From contig NC_010655.1 of NCBI RefSeq assembly GCF_000020225.1, positions 1,890,001 through 1,922,000 of the forward strand: a DNA stretch of 32,000 nt. Reading direction: 5' to 3'. Of the stretch, positions 31,929 to 32,000 are shown in pieces. The translations under genes were made by a program, and so were the position numbers. The notes below the pieces were generated by a model that was not told where the DNA came from, made no database searches, and saw only the letters and a list, made by a program, of their open reading frames with translations. This DNA comes from Akkermansia muciniphila ATCC BAA-835 (GTDB lineage: Bacteria > Verrucomicrobiota > Verrucomicrobiia > Verrucomicrobiales > Akkermansiaceae). Position 1 is the stretch's first letter. Every line of letters begins with the position of its first letter.

Positions 31929-32000
31929 TTATTCCGTTTTTCCGTACCTGCGCGCCCGGAAGGAGTAGGCGACCGCCACCACGGCGGCGAGCACGGCGTA
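31929..32000 (-). CDS. 3' end of an unidentified gene (C-terminal membrane helix plus basic tail); partial, continues beyond the window
   Basis: The minus-strand frame reads ...YAVLAAVVAVAYSFRARRYGKTE then TAA (31929-31931). Only 23 codons are visible, so this is weakly supported. Confidence 0.3.
   Translation of the reverse strand, partial: YAVLAAVVAVAYSFRARRYGKTE

Noticed and set aside
1-32000. Looked for CRISPR arrays, rRNA, additional tRNAs, IS elements/transposases, integrases, toxin-antitoxin pairs and known defence genes.
   Set aside because: None was seen. There are no regularly spaced direct repeats, no transposase or integrase motifs in any translated ORF, and no tRNA-like cloverleaf in the other intergenic gaps I inspected. 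The by-eye search is not exhaustive for short or degenerate repeats.

Overview
Moderately GC-rich bacterial chromosomal window. The proteins and gene order look Verrucomicrobiota/Akkermansia-like to me; this is recognition only and cannot be verified here. I call 31 complete protein-coding genes, one 3' gene fragment at the right edge, one tRNA-Arg(CCT) and about a dozen stem-loop terminators. From ~8.8 to 30.6 kb almost everything is on the minus strand. Most content is housekeeping: Fe-alcohol dehydrogenase, Ogt, TsaB, citrate synthase, TrmL, SmpB, RpoZ, an RluE-like pseudouridine synthase, Ndk, DusB, aspartate aminotransferase, MurJ, Fe/Mn-SOD and a polyprenyl-diphosphate synthase. The envelope or accessory-looking content is as follows. 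(1) A minimal type II secretion / type IV pilus-like operon: two tandem full-length GspE/PilB ATPases, GspF/PilC and one enlarged GspG-like pseudopilin, followed by two GT2 glycosyltransferases. (2) A larC-larE-larB nickel-pincer cofactor operon with no LarA-type user enzyme in the window. (3) A fused cytidylyltransferase-like/GHMP-kinase-like gene just upstream of murJ. (4) A Tat-signal Fe/Mn superoxide dismutase. (5) A YlbF/RicF-like protein with a Cys/His/Asp-rich tail. (6) Next to the tRNA, a membrane zincin (M50B-like), a lipoprotein and an orphan Ala/Gln-rich ORF. I saw no rRNA, CRISPR array, transposase, integrase, toxin-antitoxin pair or recognisable defence system, so I do not claim a new system, and interest scores are modest. 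Start codons were chosen by eye from the translations and local sequence. Many kb-long ORFs in the supplied track are antisense mirror ORFs and are rejected below.
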